Shown: piece by piece, positions 63,495 to 64,000 of the stretch
How the letters are laid out: each line of letters begins with the position of its first letter
Position numbering within the stretch: the first letter of the stretch is position 1
Origin: a virus
Length of the DNA stretch: 64,000 bases
IMG/VR virus record: IMGVR_UViG_3300028197_001695
Location: 32,001 to 96,000 of that record
Direction: 5' to 3' (one strand)
Translations under genes and position numbers: made by a program
The notes under the pieces: model-generated
Database searches by the model: none
What the model was told of the DNA's origin: nothing
Seen by the model: the letters and a program-made list of their open reading frames with translations, nothing else

Positions 63495-63739
63495 TCAAAA
63501 AGTTCTCTCTCTAGTTTCCTGAAGCGAGCATCTGAATGCCAAACCTCATCTATCTGAGGGGTGTAAACCCCTTCTTCAGTCTGAATCGGTTGACCCGCCT
63601 TGAGCTTTAATGAAGACGGTTGATATATGTTCAAAGTCGTCGTTTTCGGATTTGAGACGCTTCCGCAAGAGGTCAGCCCGATCAGAGGAGTTACTATCGC
63701 CAGCAGCCCGTAATTCTTCAATTTCGTTAATGAGTTCAT
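63491..63739 (-). CDS. Lipoprotein, candidate o-spanin
   Basis: Signal peptide II with lipobox LTSC; overlaps the upstream gene by 164 nt in another frame. Confidence 0.6.
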   Translation of the reverse strand: MNSLTKLKNYGLLAIVTPLIGLTSCGSVSNPKTTTLNIYQPSSLKLKAGQPIQTEEGVYTPQIDEVWHSDARFRKLERELFD

Positions 63740-63842
63740 TTTTTATGTTTCTATGTTGATTTTTTATTTCAAAAAAAGCCAATCTATTCCTTAATTCAAG
63801 GTAAAGCTGTAGGCTCTTAGCTAGAGTTTTAATTAAAGACAT
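63576..63842 (-). CDS. Helical protein, candidate i-spanin partner
   Basis: Start set to ATG 63842 (GTGTAT at 63857-63862); amphipathic N-terminus and coiled coil. Confidence 0.5.
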   Translation of the reverse strand: MSLIKTLAKSLQLYLELRNRLAFFEIKNQHRNIKNELINEIEELRAAGDSNSSDRADLLRKRLKSENDDFEHISTVFIKAQGGSTDSD

Positions 63843-63852
63843 TATTCTTATT

Positions 63853-64000
63853 CTATATACACTCCAAAACCTGTTTCCACTCCATATCTCCAATCACAGA
63901 CGTTAACTTTGTGATATCTGCTTGAGTGAATTTTTGATATTGCCCTTTTAGTTTTTCTGGCATCGCGATCTGTTTCACTTTCGCTCCAGAGTTTTCTGCC
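63853..64000 (-). CDS. hldD: ADP-L-glycero-D-manno-heptose 6-epimerase, C-terminal part (cut by right edge)
   Basis: Not in the ORF track: ...IAMPEKLKGQYQKFTQADITKL...*, matching the RfaD/HldD C-terminal P..LKG.YQ.FTQAD...L motif. Confidence 0.8.
   Translation of the reverse strand, partial: AENSGAKVKQIAMPEKLKGQYQKFTQADITKLTSVIGDMEWKQVLECI

Noticed and set aside
1-64000. Stop-codon reassignment
   Set aside because: Long genes are intact in code 11, and TAA, TAG and TGA all end genes at sensible, often overlapping, junctions.

Overview
This is a 64-kb segment of a large, AT-rich tailed dsDNA phage (GC roughly mid-30s %, estimated by eye) using the standard genetic code. From left to right it carries: (1) a minus-strand head/packaging module (neck proteins, major capsid, decoration protein, protease/scaffold, portal, TerL, a zinc-finger ERCC4 nuclease, a phage sigma factor, PhoH); (2) a plus-strand early/host-takeover region (13.0-20.3 kb) of tiny genes with sigma70-type promoters, most of which appear to give leaderless mRNAs; four copies of an undescribed 75-bp element (25-bp palindrome / 25-bp GC-rich spacer / 25-bp palindrome) divide it into modules; (3) a repeat-rich, largely non-coding strand-switch region (about 20-21.3 kb); (4) an accessory region with two tRNAs, a RuvB-like ATPase, ThyX, a MazG-like enzyme, an amidase endolysin and many glycan genes (GT31 x2, GT14, GT2-like, three sulfotransferases, Glf, an epimerase, an ADP-heptose pathway); (5) several giant tail-fibre genes and lysis-type membrane genes; (6) a PEP-CTERM-like surface protein that points to an exosortase-bearing host, most likely Verrucomicrobiota (inference). 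A GTGTAW motif sits just upstream of about 17 mostly late/structural genes and is the likely late promoter. All functional calls come from motif recognition by eye; no searches were run.
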